Shown here piece after piece: positions 1-7,994 of a stretch of DNA of 64,000 nucleotides. The notes below the pieces were generated by a model. That model was given only the letters and a program-made list of their open reading frames with translations, did not search any database and was not told the origin of the DNA. A program made the position numbers and the translations under genes. Each line of letters starts with the position of its first letter. Position 1 is the stretch's first letter. Source of the DNA: Myxococcales bacterium (lineage in GTDB: Bacteria; Myxococcota_A; Bradymonadia; REDH01); assembly GCA_947496715.1 (NCBI GenBank), contig CANMDT010000003.1, positions 13,112-77,111 on the forward strand. Reading direction: 5' to 3'.

Positions 1-699
1 CCCCAGGAAGTCGCCGCCGCGCCCCTCTGCCTGCCGAACCAAATCGCCCTGCGTCTGCGTACCCTCTCCGATCGCCGGCAGCTGCGCGGTGATGGCAGGA
101 AAGACGAGCAACTCATGGCCCGCGAACACCGGCAGCGACTTCTCAAAGAAGCCGAAGGGAAAGCGGGTCGTCAGGTCGTATCCGTCGAACCGGTAGATGC
201 CGCGGCGGGGAAAGCGATACTGCGCAACCGCCACGCTACTCGCCTCCGCGGCAACCCGAATCGCGAGCGCCCGCGGACTCCCCGGATCGCCCTCCGCCTC
301 CCGCTCCTTCGCACCCCGCGGTGGCTCGCTCGGCAGCCCCAGCGCCCGCCGCCGACGCCCGCGGCTCTCACGCTCCTCGTGCTCCACCACAACCAGACCA
401 TACGAGGCCAGGAAGGCCTTCCGGTTTGTCAGTGTGTAGGTGAGCGAGCTCTCCGCACCCGCGTAGAGATCGCCCGAGCCGAGCCGGGTCACCTCCACCT
501 TCTGCAAGACCCACTCACTCAGAATGCCGCTCACAATGATGAGCCCGAGCATCATACCCAGCAGCAGAAAGAGCAGGTTGTTGCTCGTGTTCACAGCGCC
601 GAAACCGACCATGATCGTCATGCCGACAAACCACTTCCCCTCGCGGGTAAAGGTGAGCTTGCGCGGCGCGCGCATCAGTTTGCGAAGGCGTGTGGCCAT
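1..699 (-). CDS. DUF58-family protein (MoxR-associated), truncated by window edge
   Basis: Not in ORF track. Minus strand from ATG at 699 reads MATRLRKLMRAPRKLTFTREGKWFVGMTIMVGFGAVNTSNNLLFLLLGMMLGLIIVSGILSE, a typical DUF58 N-terminal TM pattern; directly downstream of moxR. Confidence 0.75.
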   Translation of the reverse strand, partial: MATRLRKLMRAPRKLTFTREGKWFVGMTIMVGFGAVNTSNNLLFLLLGMMLGLIIVSGILSEWVLQKVEVTRLGSGDLYAGAESSLTYTLTNRKAFLASYGLVVVEHEERESRGRRRRALGLPSEPPRGAKEREAEGDPGSPRALAIRVAAEASSVAVAQYRFPRRGIYRFDGYDLTTRFPFGFFEKSLPVFAGHELLVFPAITAQLPAIGEGTQTQGDLVRQAEGRGGDFLG

Positions 700-727
700 G
701 GTTCAACCCTGCTGCCTGAAACGGCCG

Positions 728-1681
728 CTAGAGCGGCACTTCGATGCGCGACACCAGCTCCGCAATGACCGCCTCGGCGGCCGCACGGCTCGAACCCACC
801 ACCGACTCGCCGGTGCCCATCGATACACGATGCGACAGCACCGGACCGCACAGCTCCTTGATGTCCGACGGCAGCACATGTGACCTTCCGGCAACCAGCG
901 CTGCGGCCTTCGCCGCGCGCGTCAGCGCCAGCGCGCCGCGCGTCGAGACACCCACGGAGAGCCGCGCGCTCGTCCGCGTCGCCTGCACGATCGCAAGCAG
1001 GTAGTCGGCCAGCGAGTCATCGAACCGAACCTCGTCCACCGCTGCCATCAGGTCAGCGAGCTGCTCTGCACTCACCACCGCGCCGATGCGGAGCGTCGGA
1101 TCCGACGAGGTCCTCGCGAGCAGCAGCGCCCGCTCCACGGAGGTCGGCGGATAGCCCACCGTGACCCGCATCAGGAACCGGTCGAGCTGCGATTCCGGCA
1201 GCGGATAGGTGCCGTGCGACTCGAGCGGATTCTGCGTCGCGATCACCCAGAAAGGCGAGGGCAGATCCCGCGTCACATCGTCGGTCGAAACACGCCGCTC
1301 CGCCATCGCCTCCAGCAGGCTCGACTGCGTGCGGGGCGCGGTCCGGTTGATCTCATCTGCCAGCACCAGGTTGGCAAAAATCGGACCAGGCTTGAAGCGA
1401 AACTCTCCGCTCTTCTGGTCAAAGACGGTGACGCCGAGGATGTCGGTCGGAAGCAGATCGCTCGTGAACTGGATGCGCGAAAACTTGAGGCCGACCGAGA
1501 TCGCGAGCGCCTGCGCCAGCAGCGTCTTGCCAACGCCGGGCACATCCTCCACCAGCAGATGCCCTCCGGCCAGCAGGCAGATAACCGCCTTGCGTACCAC
1601 CGCCTCTTTGCCCTCGAACACCTTCAGCACATTCTGCTCGAGTGCCCTGATCCGAGCCACCCGCTGCTCCAAATCCTTCAT
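728..1681 (-). CDS. moxR: MoxR-family AAA+ ATPase
   Basis: Walker A EDVPGVGKT, RIQFTSDLLPTDI, LADEINR, ATQNPLE, YPLPESQLDRF motifs. Confidence 0.93.
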   Translation of the reverse strand: MKDLEQRVARIRALEQNVLKVFEGKEAVVRKAVICLLAGGHLLVEDVPGVGKTLLAQALAISVGLKFSRIQFTSDLLPTDILGVTVFDQKSGEFRFKPGPIFANLVLADEINRTAPRTQSSLLEAMAERRVSTDDVTRDLPSPFWVIATQNPLESHGTYPLPESQLDRFLMRVTVGYPPTSVERALLLARTSSDPTLRIGAVVSAEQLADLMAAVDEVRFDDSLADYLLAIVQATRTSARLSVGVSTRGALALTRAAKAAALVAGRSHVLPSDIKELCGPVLSHRVSMGTGESVVGSSRAAAEAVIAELVSRIEVPL

Positions 1682-1808
1682 CCGCTGCTCCTGTTCCGGC
1701 GACTGCGATGCAGACTCTAAGCCTTCTTCACAGCCCCGACAACCGCTTGCGATGCTTGCAGCATCAACCTGTTACGCATTACGCCAAGGGGAGCGTTCGC
1801 GGAGCCCA

Positions 1809-2948
1809 ATGACCACCTGTCCCACCAGAAGCCTGCTGCTCCAGACCCTCGCGCCGGGCCCCGTCGACGCAACGCAGCTCCAGGCGCTGCTCCGAAGCGC
1901 CGACCTCGACACCTTCGCCACCCTGGCCGCCGCCCATGCTGTCGCTCCGGCCGCGGCCGCCTCCCTCCACGCCAGCGCATCCCAGCTGCCTCCAGACTGG
2001 GCTGAATGGGCCGAGACCTGCCTCTTCGAGACCACTGCCCGCAACGGCTGGATCCTCCACCACCTCGCCGTCGTTACCGCCGCACTGCAAGATGCCGGCC
2101 TCCGCTTCTTCGCCCTCAAAGGCTGCGACCTCCTCCTCACAACCTACGAGCAGGTCGGCGCACGCCACCTCGACGACATCGACCTCCTCTTCCACCCCGA
2201 CGACCTCGCCGCTGCCTCCGCCGCCCTCCTCGCCGCCGGCTACCCGCTCCAGTCCGCCGGCACCGAGGTCCCCTTCGTCGATGGCACCTCCTACGCCGAC
2301 TATGTCGCCTCCCAGGCCGCCGACAAAATCCACCCCGCCGTCCATGAGAGCACCGACGGACTCTCCATCGAGCTCCACCGCATGCTCCCGGAGTCCGAGC
2401 AGCCTGCCGCAGACTTCGACCGGCTCTGGGAGAGCCGCATTACCAACGAGCGAGACGGCCTCCTCATCCCGCTCCTGCCGCGCGAAGAGCTCACCCGACA
2501 CCTCTGCATTCACGCCTTCGTGCAGCATCACGGCGACTGGCGCATCCTCGCCCGCCACCTTGCCGATGCGCTCCGGCTCCACCGCGCCGGTTGGCTCAGC
2601 GACACCGACGCTCCGGCTCAAACATCCCTCCCGCTCCGACTCACCAAAGGACTCGTAGCGCTCCACGCCAGCGCGGCGCCACCGGCCGCTGCCACGCTGA
2701 CGCGACTCGTCTTCCCGGGACCCCACGCGCAGCGGCTCTGGGACCAGTCCATCTTCCAGCGGCTCCTCCTGCAGCGCATCGCGCACGACGCCCTGCATCA
2801 GCCCCAGATGCTCCTCCGCAAGCTGCTGCCGAGCGACGACTACCTCGCCTATCACTACGGCGACGAGGCGCTCGCAGCAGGCCGCAAACGGCTCCTGCTC
2901 AAGCGGCTCGCCATGCTCCCCTTCCGGCCCTTCACAGGCGCCCGATGA
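1809..2948 (+). CDS. Nucleotidyltransferase family protein (type found beside lasso/PqqD loci)
   Basis: FFALKGCDL...Y...GARHLDDIDLL and IELH motifs; start moved to ATG 1809 because the ORF-track extension runs antisense over moxR. Confidence 0.8.
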   Translation: MTTCPTRSLLLQTLAPGPVDATQLQALLRSADLDTFATLAAAHAVAPAAAASLHASASQLPPDWAEWAETCLFETTARNGWILHHLAVVTAALQDAGLRFFALKGCDLLLTTYEQVGARHLDDIDLLFHPDDLAAASAALLAAGYPLQSAGTEVPFVDGTSYADYVASQAADKIHPAVHESTDGLSIELHRMLPESEQPAADFDRLWESRITNERDGLLIPLLPREELTRHLCIHAFVQHHGDWRILARHLADALRLHRAGWLSDTDAPAQTSLPLRLTKGLVALHASAAPPAAATLTRLVFPGPHAQRLWDQSIFQRLLLQRIAHDALHQPQMLLRKLLPSDDYLAYHYGDEALAAGRKRLLLKRLAMLPFRPFTGAR

Positions 2949-3928
2949 GCGGCCTGCGTCGCGCACAGCTCGCGGGGATCGACATCGTCTGGCGCCCGTG
3001 GCCCGACTCCGACCCGCTCTCTGCCATCCTCGACTGCCTCGGCGAAACGGAGGCCGCGCCAACCGCCACGCTGCACGTCTCGCTCCGGCATGCCGACGGG
3101 CCGCCTGCGCCGCTCCCCGATGCCAGCCATCGACCCCTCTTCTTCCACGGTCGCACCCGCGTCTTTGCCGCCGATGACCGCATCCTCCTCTGGGACGGCG
3201 CCAGCCTGCTCTCCCTCTCAGGAGACGGCAGCGAACTGAACGGCGAGGTCCACCCCGACTCGCTCGACGACGGCCACACCTTCAGCAGCGCCACCCTCCT
3301 CATCGCGCTCGCCGTCGCGCTCCGCCTCTGCCGCCGCTTCCACCTCCACGCCGGCCTCGTCGCGCTCGATGGCCTCGGCACCCTCCTCGTCGCCGGCGAC
3401 GCGGCGCACGGAAAGACCACAACCACCCTCTCCTTGCTCCGGCGCGGCGGCCTCCTCGCGGGCGACGACACCCTCTACATCGACCCCGCAGGCCGCTGCA
3501 TTTGGGGACTCCCCAAGCCCCTCAACCTCTCGCCAAAGACCGCGCAGGCCTTCGCCGGACTCACCGCGCGCCACCCCAACCCGACAGCCGCCGAGAGCGG
3601 CAAGAGCAGCTACCCGGCCGCCCTGCTCTTCCCCAGCGCAATCCGCGCCTCGCTCGGCTACCCCGACTGGCTTCTCTTCCCACGCATCACGGGCGAGTCC
3701 ACAACCCGCCTCAAGGCGCTCGCGCCTACCGACGCGCTCGGCAACCTCATGACCGCCTCCGCGCTTGTTGCAGTCGACGGCCTCGCACATGCCGAAGAAC
3801 ACCTCGCGGCCCTGCTCGCCCTTGTCTCCCACGGACGCTCCTACGAGCTCCTGCTGGGCCTCGACGCGCTTGAGCGGCCGGACTGCATCATCGACCTGCT
3901 CACCGCCGAGGCGAACAGCCCGCGCTAG
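2945..3928 (+). CDS. HPr kinase-like P-loop kinase
   Basis: FHLHAGLV...LLVAGDAAHGKTTTTL...LAGDDTLY (LHA motif, P-loop, DD pair); ATGA overlap with the nucleotidyltransferase stop. Confidence 0.78.
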   Translation: MSGLRRAQLAGIDIVWRPWPDSDPLSAILDCLGETEAAPTATLHVSLRHADGPPAPLPDASHRPLFFHGRTRVFAADDRILLWDGASLLSLSGDGSELNGEVHPDSLDDGHTFSSATLLIALAVALRLCRRFHLHAGLVALDGLGTLLVAGDAAHGKTTTTLSLLRRGGLLAGDDTLYIDPAGRCIWGLPKPLNLSPKTAQAFAGLTARHPNPTAAESGKSSYPAALLFPSAIRASLGYPDWLLFPRITGESTTRLKALAPTDALGNLMTASALVAVDGLAHAEEHLAALLALVSHGRSYELLLGLDALERPDCIIDLLTAEANSPR

Positions 3929-4212
3929 GCCAGCGCGACGACGACCAGCTTGTCTGCAGCCAGCGACGCGACCATCTCCGCGAGGTCTTCCGCCGCGACT
4001 GCGCCCGTCACCTCGAACTCCTCGACCAGCGCTGCGACGAGTTCTGACGCCAATTTCGAGCGACCGCCGAACCGCTTCCAGATGAAGACGCCGGTCACAT
4101 TCAGCTCGTAGTAAAACTTCGTGTCCATATCGAGCAGCACCCCCTTTCCGTCGGGCATCTCGGTGAGGATGACGCGGGCGCTGGGGGTGATGCGGGTGGT
4201 TTCGAGATCCAA
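3925..4212 (-). CDS. PqqD-family RiPP recognition element (RRE, lasso B1-like)
   Basis: 95 aa, VLLDMDTKFYYELNVTGVFIW...LVEEFEV...AAEDL...LAADKLV is the PqqD winged-helix pattern. Confidence 0.88.
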   Translation of the reverse strand: MDLETTRITPSARVILTEMPDGKGVLLDMDTKFYYELNVTGVFIWKRFGGRSKLASELVAALVEEFEVTGAVAAEDLAEMVASLAADKLVVVALA

Positions 4213-4219
4213 GGCAGAC

Positions 4220-4660
4220 TCACGCGGCAGAGGGTGGATAGACGAAGGTCACCTGATAGTCGGTGGACTCCCTCTCAAGCACAGGTTGCCCCCGAAGTTC
4301 AATCCAAGCATGCCCCTCCATCACGCCTTCGCGCTCGCGGAGCCCCATCTTGAAGACCACCTCCACGCCCCGCTCGCGCAGGCAGCGATACCGGATCAGG
4401 CTCCGCAGCAGGCAGGTTGTCCGCGTGACCCGCACGCGCCGCAGCACGAGTTCGGTCGCCCGCTCTACCGCCTCCAACGCCTCGGCCTCGCTGCGCCCCG
4501 CAAAGCGGGCCGTCGCGGGCGTCAGACCGCGGAAGAGGCGGTCCATGGGGAGCCTCTCGAGGGCAACAGGAAGCAGGCCCCGCAGCAGCACCACCTCTGC
4601 TACCAGAGCAGGCGCCGCTGCCACCTCCTGAAGGAGGCTAGGCAATCTTCTTCGGGCCAC
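4220..4660 (-). CDS. Lasso peptide B2-type leader peptidase (transglutaminase-like)
   Basis: TCLLRSL (Cys), F-x-MG, GHAWIE (His, Glu) catalytic pattern; directly upstream of the RRE. GTG start overlapping the rSAM stop, exact start uncertain. Confidence 0.85.
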   Translation of the reverse strand: MARRRLPSLLQEVAAAPALVAEVVLLRGLLPVALERLPMDRLFRGLTPATARFAGRSEAEALEAVERATELVLRRVRVTRTTCLLRSLIRYRCLRERGVEVVFKMGLREREGVMEGHAWIELRGQPVLERESTDYQVTFVYPPSAA

Positions 4661-5717
4661 CGCCGCAGCCGGTCACCTTCTCTGCATCGACCGCCCACTT
4701 GCCGCGCCAGCGCTCGCGCTTGGCCTCTACACCGCCGCGACCCTCGTCGGTCCAGTAGGGCTTCTTGAAGAGCTTCATGCAGAAGTTGCAGGGGAAGAGG
4801 TCCCACTCCGAGAGCGTGCCCTCTTTGATCGCCTTGTTCTTCTCGGTCTGCGCGTAGTGAATGACGTCGAGCATTTTCTGGTGCGCGTCTGCGAGGCTCA
4901 CCTCGTGCAGGTTGCCCAGCACATCTGCAGGCGCCCCTTCGGTCGGCACGCCAGAGTGCTGGCAGCAGAGCGTCAAGTTGCCCTTCGGATCCACGTGGAG
5001 GATCTCCGAGCGGAAGGGCTGACAGACGAAGAAGGGCTCTTCGCGGTAGAAGCTGTCCGTGAAGGAGACGGGCATGTGCAGGCTGCCCTGCAGCCGCGTG
5101 ATGGTGTCGAGCACCGTCCGCCACTCCGCCGTCGAGAGGAACATCTCCTCGTCGAGGTAGGTACCCGTCGGCTGGGTCATGCCAAACGACATTCGGCCAG
5201 AACCCAGGTGGCTCGCCATCATTGCCATCTGCTCAATCTGATGCGCGTTGTAGGCGTTGACCGTCATCTGCATGATGAAGGGAATCTTCCGCATCGTGCA
5301 GATGGCCACCGCCTGCATGACGTTCCGGAAGCTGCCGGGGCCGCGCACCTTGTCGTGCACCTCCTCCGTCGCGCCATCAATCGAGAAGTTCATGGCGGTG
5401 CAGGTCGAAAGCCGCTCGGGCTTTTCGTCGAGTTTTGCCACCATCCTCGAGAACTTCTCCGAGTTGGTCACCACATGCCACGTGTAGCCGCGGGCCACGA
5501 TGGCATCGATGATCTCGTAGAACTGCGGGTGCAGCGAGGGCTCGCCACCCGTCAGTCCAACATGCTTGCAGCGGTAGAGCTGCCAGGCCTCGTCCAGCAC
5601 ATTGCAGATGAGGTCGAGCGAGAGGTCCTGCGACTTAATCTCGGGGTCCCGGAGGCAGTGCTTGCAGTTAAGCTGGCACCGGTCGGTGATGTGAAAGACA
5701 ACCCAAGTTGGATTCAT
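4638..5717 (-). CDS. Radical SAM protein with C-terminal SPASM/twitch-like Cys region
   Basis: CQLNCKHC (CX3CX2C), LTGGEPSLHP, NFSIDG, C-terminal CQPF...HVDPKGNLTLCC...CNFC; AGAGG RBS upstream. Confidence 0.92.
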   Translation of the reverse strand: MNPTWVVFHITDRCQLNCKHCLRDPEIKSQDLSLDLICNVLDEAWQLYRCKHVGLTGGEPSLHPQFYEIIDAIVARGYTWHVVTNSEKFSRMVAKLDEKPERLSTCTAMNFSIDGATEEVHDKVRGPGSFRNVMQAVAICTMRKIPFIMQMTVNAYNAHQIEQMAMMASHLGSGRMSFGMTQPTGTYLDEEMFLSTAEWRTVLDTITRLQGSLHMPVSFTDSFYREEPFFVCQPFRSEILHVDPKGNLTLCCQHSGVPTEGAPADVLGNLHEVSLADAHQKMLDVIHYAQTEKNKAIKEGTLSEWDLFPCNFCMKLFKKPYWTDEGRGGVEAKRERWRGKWAVDAEKVTGCGGGPKKIA

Positions 5718-5735
5718 AGGACCTCTGAGCGGACG

Positions 5736-7406
5736 CTAGCGCGCGATCGCCGGATTGAGAGTGGTGGCTTCGATGAGACCCGGGCGGGGACCACCATCGA
5801 GGACCTCGTTGGTGGTGATGCGGGTGGTGAGACCGGAGGTGACATTGATCACCATGATCTCGGTCTGAACAACGCTGGCCGAGGCAAAGATGCGCTCGGT
5901 CACGACCAGGTTCCCGTTGGGGAAGAAGGCGGGCGAGCTGTCGTTGGTCGAGCCCGAGACGGGCGTCGGCGTACCCGAGGTGCGGTGCGTCGTGCAGTTG
6001 AATGCGTTGCTGTAGAGCTGCGTCGCGCCGCCGCCGAGGTCCTTCGTCCAGATCGCCGAGGTGCCGGCCGGGCTGATAGCGGGCGCACCGAGGTAGCCGG
6101 TGAGGCTCGCGGTGCCATTGCCGGCGCCGTCAACACCGACCGAGAAGAGCGTCACAGAGCCGCCAGCAGCCTGCTTGGTGTAGATGACCGTGGCCGGGTC
6201 GCACTCGGCGATCGCAGGGTCGGCTTCGCCGTTGCCGCCGTTATCGACGAGCACGGTGCAGGCGGCACCGCTCGCGTCGAGGGGCTGGGTGAAGAGGCCG
6301 AAGTCGCCGCTGTAGAAGTTGGTGAAGACGATTGCCGACTCATCGGGAACCACCGTGAAGCCGCCGCTGAGGAGGCCGGTCGGGTCGGGGTTGCCCTGAT
6401 AGGCGAGCTCGGGGCAGACCGGGGTGAGCTGCTCGATGGCGCCCGTCTCAATGGCGAGCTTGTAGATGCCAACGTTGGTGTTCGCGGGCGCCGAGCAATC
6501 GGTCACCTTCATCGAGAAGTAGACGGAGCGGCCGTCGGGCGACCAACGAGCGGCAAGCTTCTGACCAGGAAGGTTCGTCACGCGGCGCTCATCTGTGCCG
6601 TCGGCGCGGATGACGTAGAGCTGCGAATCCTGCTGCTCAGCACAGGCCGAGCCGGGCGTACGCACGAAGAGGATCCAGGGGTCCGCGGTCACGGGGACTG
6701 CAACGCACACGCCGCCGTCGCAGTTGGTGCCGGTGGGGCAGGCCGTCTCGGTCTCTGCGTCGCGGCACTCACAGCTGGTGCCGATGTCGTAGGCGGTGCG
6801 GGCCGTCTCGACCCGGTCGTTACCGCGGCAGAAGGGGGCAGGCGCCGCGTCGCAGATGGTCGCGTCGCAGATGCAGGTGCCGGCTTGGTCGACGAACGTG
6901 TCGAGGCAGTCGCCGCAGGAGTCGGGGCCGGCCACAACATCGCAGGCGCGGTTGTCGGGCTCGCAGTCGCGGGCGTTCAGGGTGTCGCACTCCAAGCAGG
7001 CCGCGTTGTTCGCACAATCCGAGTCGGCGCAGTCGGCGTTGCCGTCGCCATCGTCGTCCGTGCCGTTGCCGCAGCTCTCTTGGATGCCGCCGGTGTCGGT
7101 TCCGGTGTCGACCGTCGTGTCCTCGACTGCGGTGTCGACCTCGGTGTCCTCGATGTTGGTGTCTTCCTCGATCGTGTCGGCCGTGCCCGTATCCGTGGAG
7201 GTGTCCGCGGTGGTGTCGGGCGCGGTATCCTCGCAGCCCTCACCGGTGAAGAGGTTGCACGAGGTGCCCGTATCCTCGGTCTTCTCCGACGTTTCGTCTC
7301 CGCAGGCAACGAGTGCGAGCGAGGCGACGAGGGTCGCGGCCGTGAGGGTCGAAGGCCCGCGAAGCAGGGCGAGCAGAGAGGTCGAATTCAGCGTCGTGCG
7401 GGCCAT
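5736..7406 (-). CDS. Lipoprotein with Asp/Thr-rich linker, Cys-rich modules and TolB/PD40-like beta-propeller
   Basis: Lipobox LVAC; DT-rich linker; CGNGTDDDGDGNADCADSDC; QLYVIRADG, RWSPDGRS, PAISPAG, PAFFPNG propeller repeats. Start set to ATG 7406. Confidence 0.75.
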   Translation of the reverse strand: MARTTLNSTSLLALLRGPSTLTAATLVASLALVACGDETSEKTEDTGTSCNLFTGEGCEDTAPDTTADTSTDTGTADTIEEDTNIEDTEVDTAVEDTTVDTGTDTGGIQESCGNGTDDDGDGNADCADSDCANNAACLECDTLNARDCEPDNRACDVVAGPDSCGDCLDTFVDQAGTCICDATICDAAPAPFCRGNDRVETARTAYDIGTSCECRDAETETACPTGTNCDGGVCVAVPVTADPWILFVRTPGSACAEQQDSQLYVIRADGTDERRVTNLPGQKLAARWSPDGRSVYFSMKVTDCSAPANTNVGIYKLAIETGAIEQLTPVCPELAYQGNPDPTGLLSGGFTVVPDESAIVFTNFYSGDFGLFTQPLDASGAACTVLVDNGGNGEADPAIAECDPATVIYTKQAAGGSVTLFSVGVDGAGNGTASLTGYLGAPAISPAGTSAIWTKDLGGGATQLYSNAFNCTTHRTSGTPTPVSGSTNDSSPAFFPNGNLVVTERIFASASVVQTEIMVINVTSGLTTRITTNEVLDGGPRPGLIEATTLNPAIAR

Positions 7407-7607
7407 GACAATCTCCAGCGAAAAACGAGGTCCAAGAGGGGTGCGCAGCGCGCGAGGTTTACGTTTGACTCCCGCGTAGCACAGCGGCAGAGATGAGATC
7501 AAAAGAAGATCTGATGCGACAGCCCGCTACGTATGACAGAATTTGTCACCACGAGCCGCCCAGACTGTCTCTTTCCGTCACCGAAGCGACGGGGAAACGA
7601 TGACACG

Positions 7608-7648
7608 AAAAAGGGCCGACAGGTCTCTCGCGAGACTTGTTCGGCCCT
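7608..7648 (-). terminator. Rho-independent terminator downstream of the precursor peptide gene
   Basis: Plus strand AAAAA-GGGCCGACAGGTCTC-tcgc-GAGACTTGTTCGGCCCT: long hairpin followed by a T5 tract on the minus strand, 29 bp after the precursor stop. Confidence 0.75.
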
Positions 7649-7676
7649 GTCAGGCGAACCGAGGTACGAGGTCCGA

Positions 7677-7877
7677 CTAGCCGGAAGCCGTGAGGCCGCC
7701 AGCCGAAACGCCGCCGCCCGAGAAGAGCGTAACGCGCGCCACAGAGCGCTTCTTCGCGAGGCTCGGGGCCTCGTAAGCGCGACGACCCATCGATACAGCC
7801 TCTTCGAGGCCGACCGACTCAGCGACCACATCCGTGGTCGAATCCTGTTGCTTTGGCATTGGCCGTTGCTTGCTCAT
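7677..7877 (-). CDS. Putative RiPP precursor peptide, 66 aa (lasso-type leader, Gly/Ser/Ala-rich core)
   Basis: AAGGAG RBS before ATG 7877; MSKQRPMPKQQDSTTDVVAESVGLEEAVSMGRRAYEAPSLAKKRSVARVTL-FSGGGVSAGGLTASG; YxxPxL and penultimate Thr; followed by a terminator; lies within an RRE/peptidase/rSAM locus. Confidence 0.8.
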   Translation of the reverse strand: MSKQRPMPKQQDSTTDVVAESVGLEEAVSMGRRAYEAPSLAKKRSVARVTLFSGGGVSAGGLTASG

Positions 7878-7954
7878 GTCTCGGCTCCTTCGAAGGGGTC
7901 GTGACCCCGATGGGTGTTTGCGAATCGTCTCGTCAATCCGACGTGAGTAGACAA

Positions 7955-7971
7955 TGCATGAATCAAGCCAA
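7955..7971 (-). promoter_or_regulatory. Possible sigma54-type (-24/-12) promoter for the precursor gene
   Basis: Minus strand TTGGCTTGATTCATGCA has GG-N10-GC spacing, in an AT-richer intergenic stretch about 80 bp upstream of the ATG; match to the consensus is imperfect. Confidence 0.3.
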
Positions 7972-7994
7972 CAATGCAACATGTTCGATCGCAG

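Noticed and set aside
1-1681. MoxR/DUF58 as part of the RiPP locus
   Set aside because: Divergently transcribed and a widespread stand-alone module usually followed by its own transglutaminase-like gene.
1209-1808. N-terminal extension of the nucleotidyltransferase ORF
   Set aside because: Mostly antisense to moxR; recognisable domain starts after ATG 1809.
3925-5717. PQQ biosynthesis (pqqD/pqqE) or heme/MoCo maturase assignment
   Set aside because: No pqqB/pqqC, the peptide lacks the ExxxY motif, and a B2 peptidase plus lasso-type leader fit better.
4857-7496. 879-aa plus-strand ORF
   Set aside because: Antisense shadow of the rSAM and lipoprotein genes, typical of high-GC DNA; no motifs.
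7878-7982. 35-aa upstream extension of the precursor ORF
   Set aside because: Strong RBS sits before ATG 7877; the extension overlaps putative promoter DNA.
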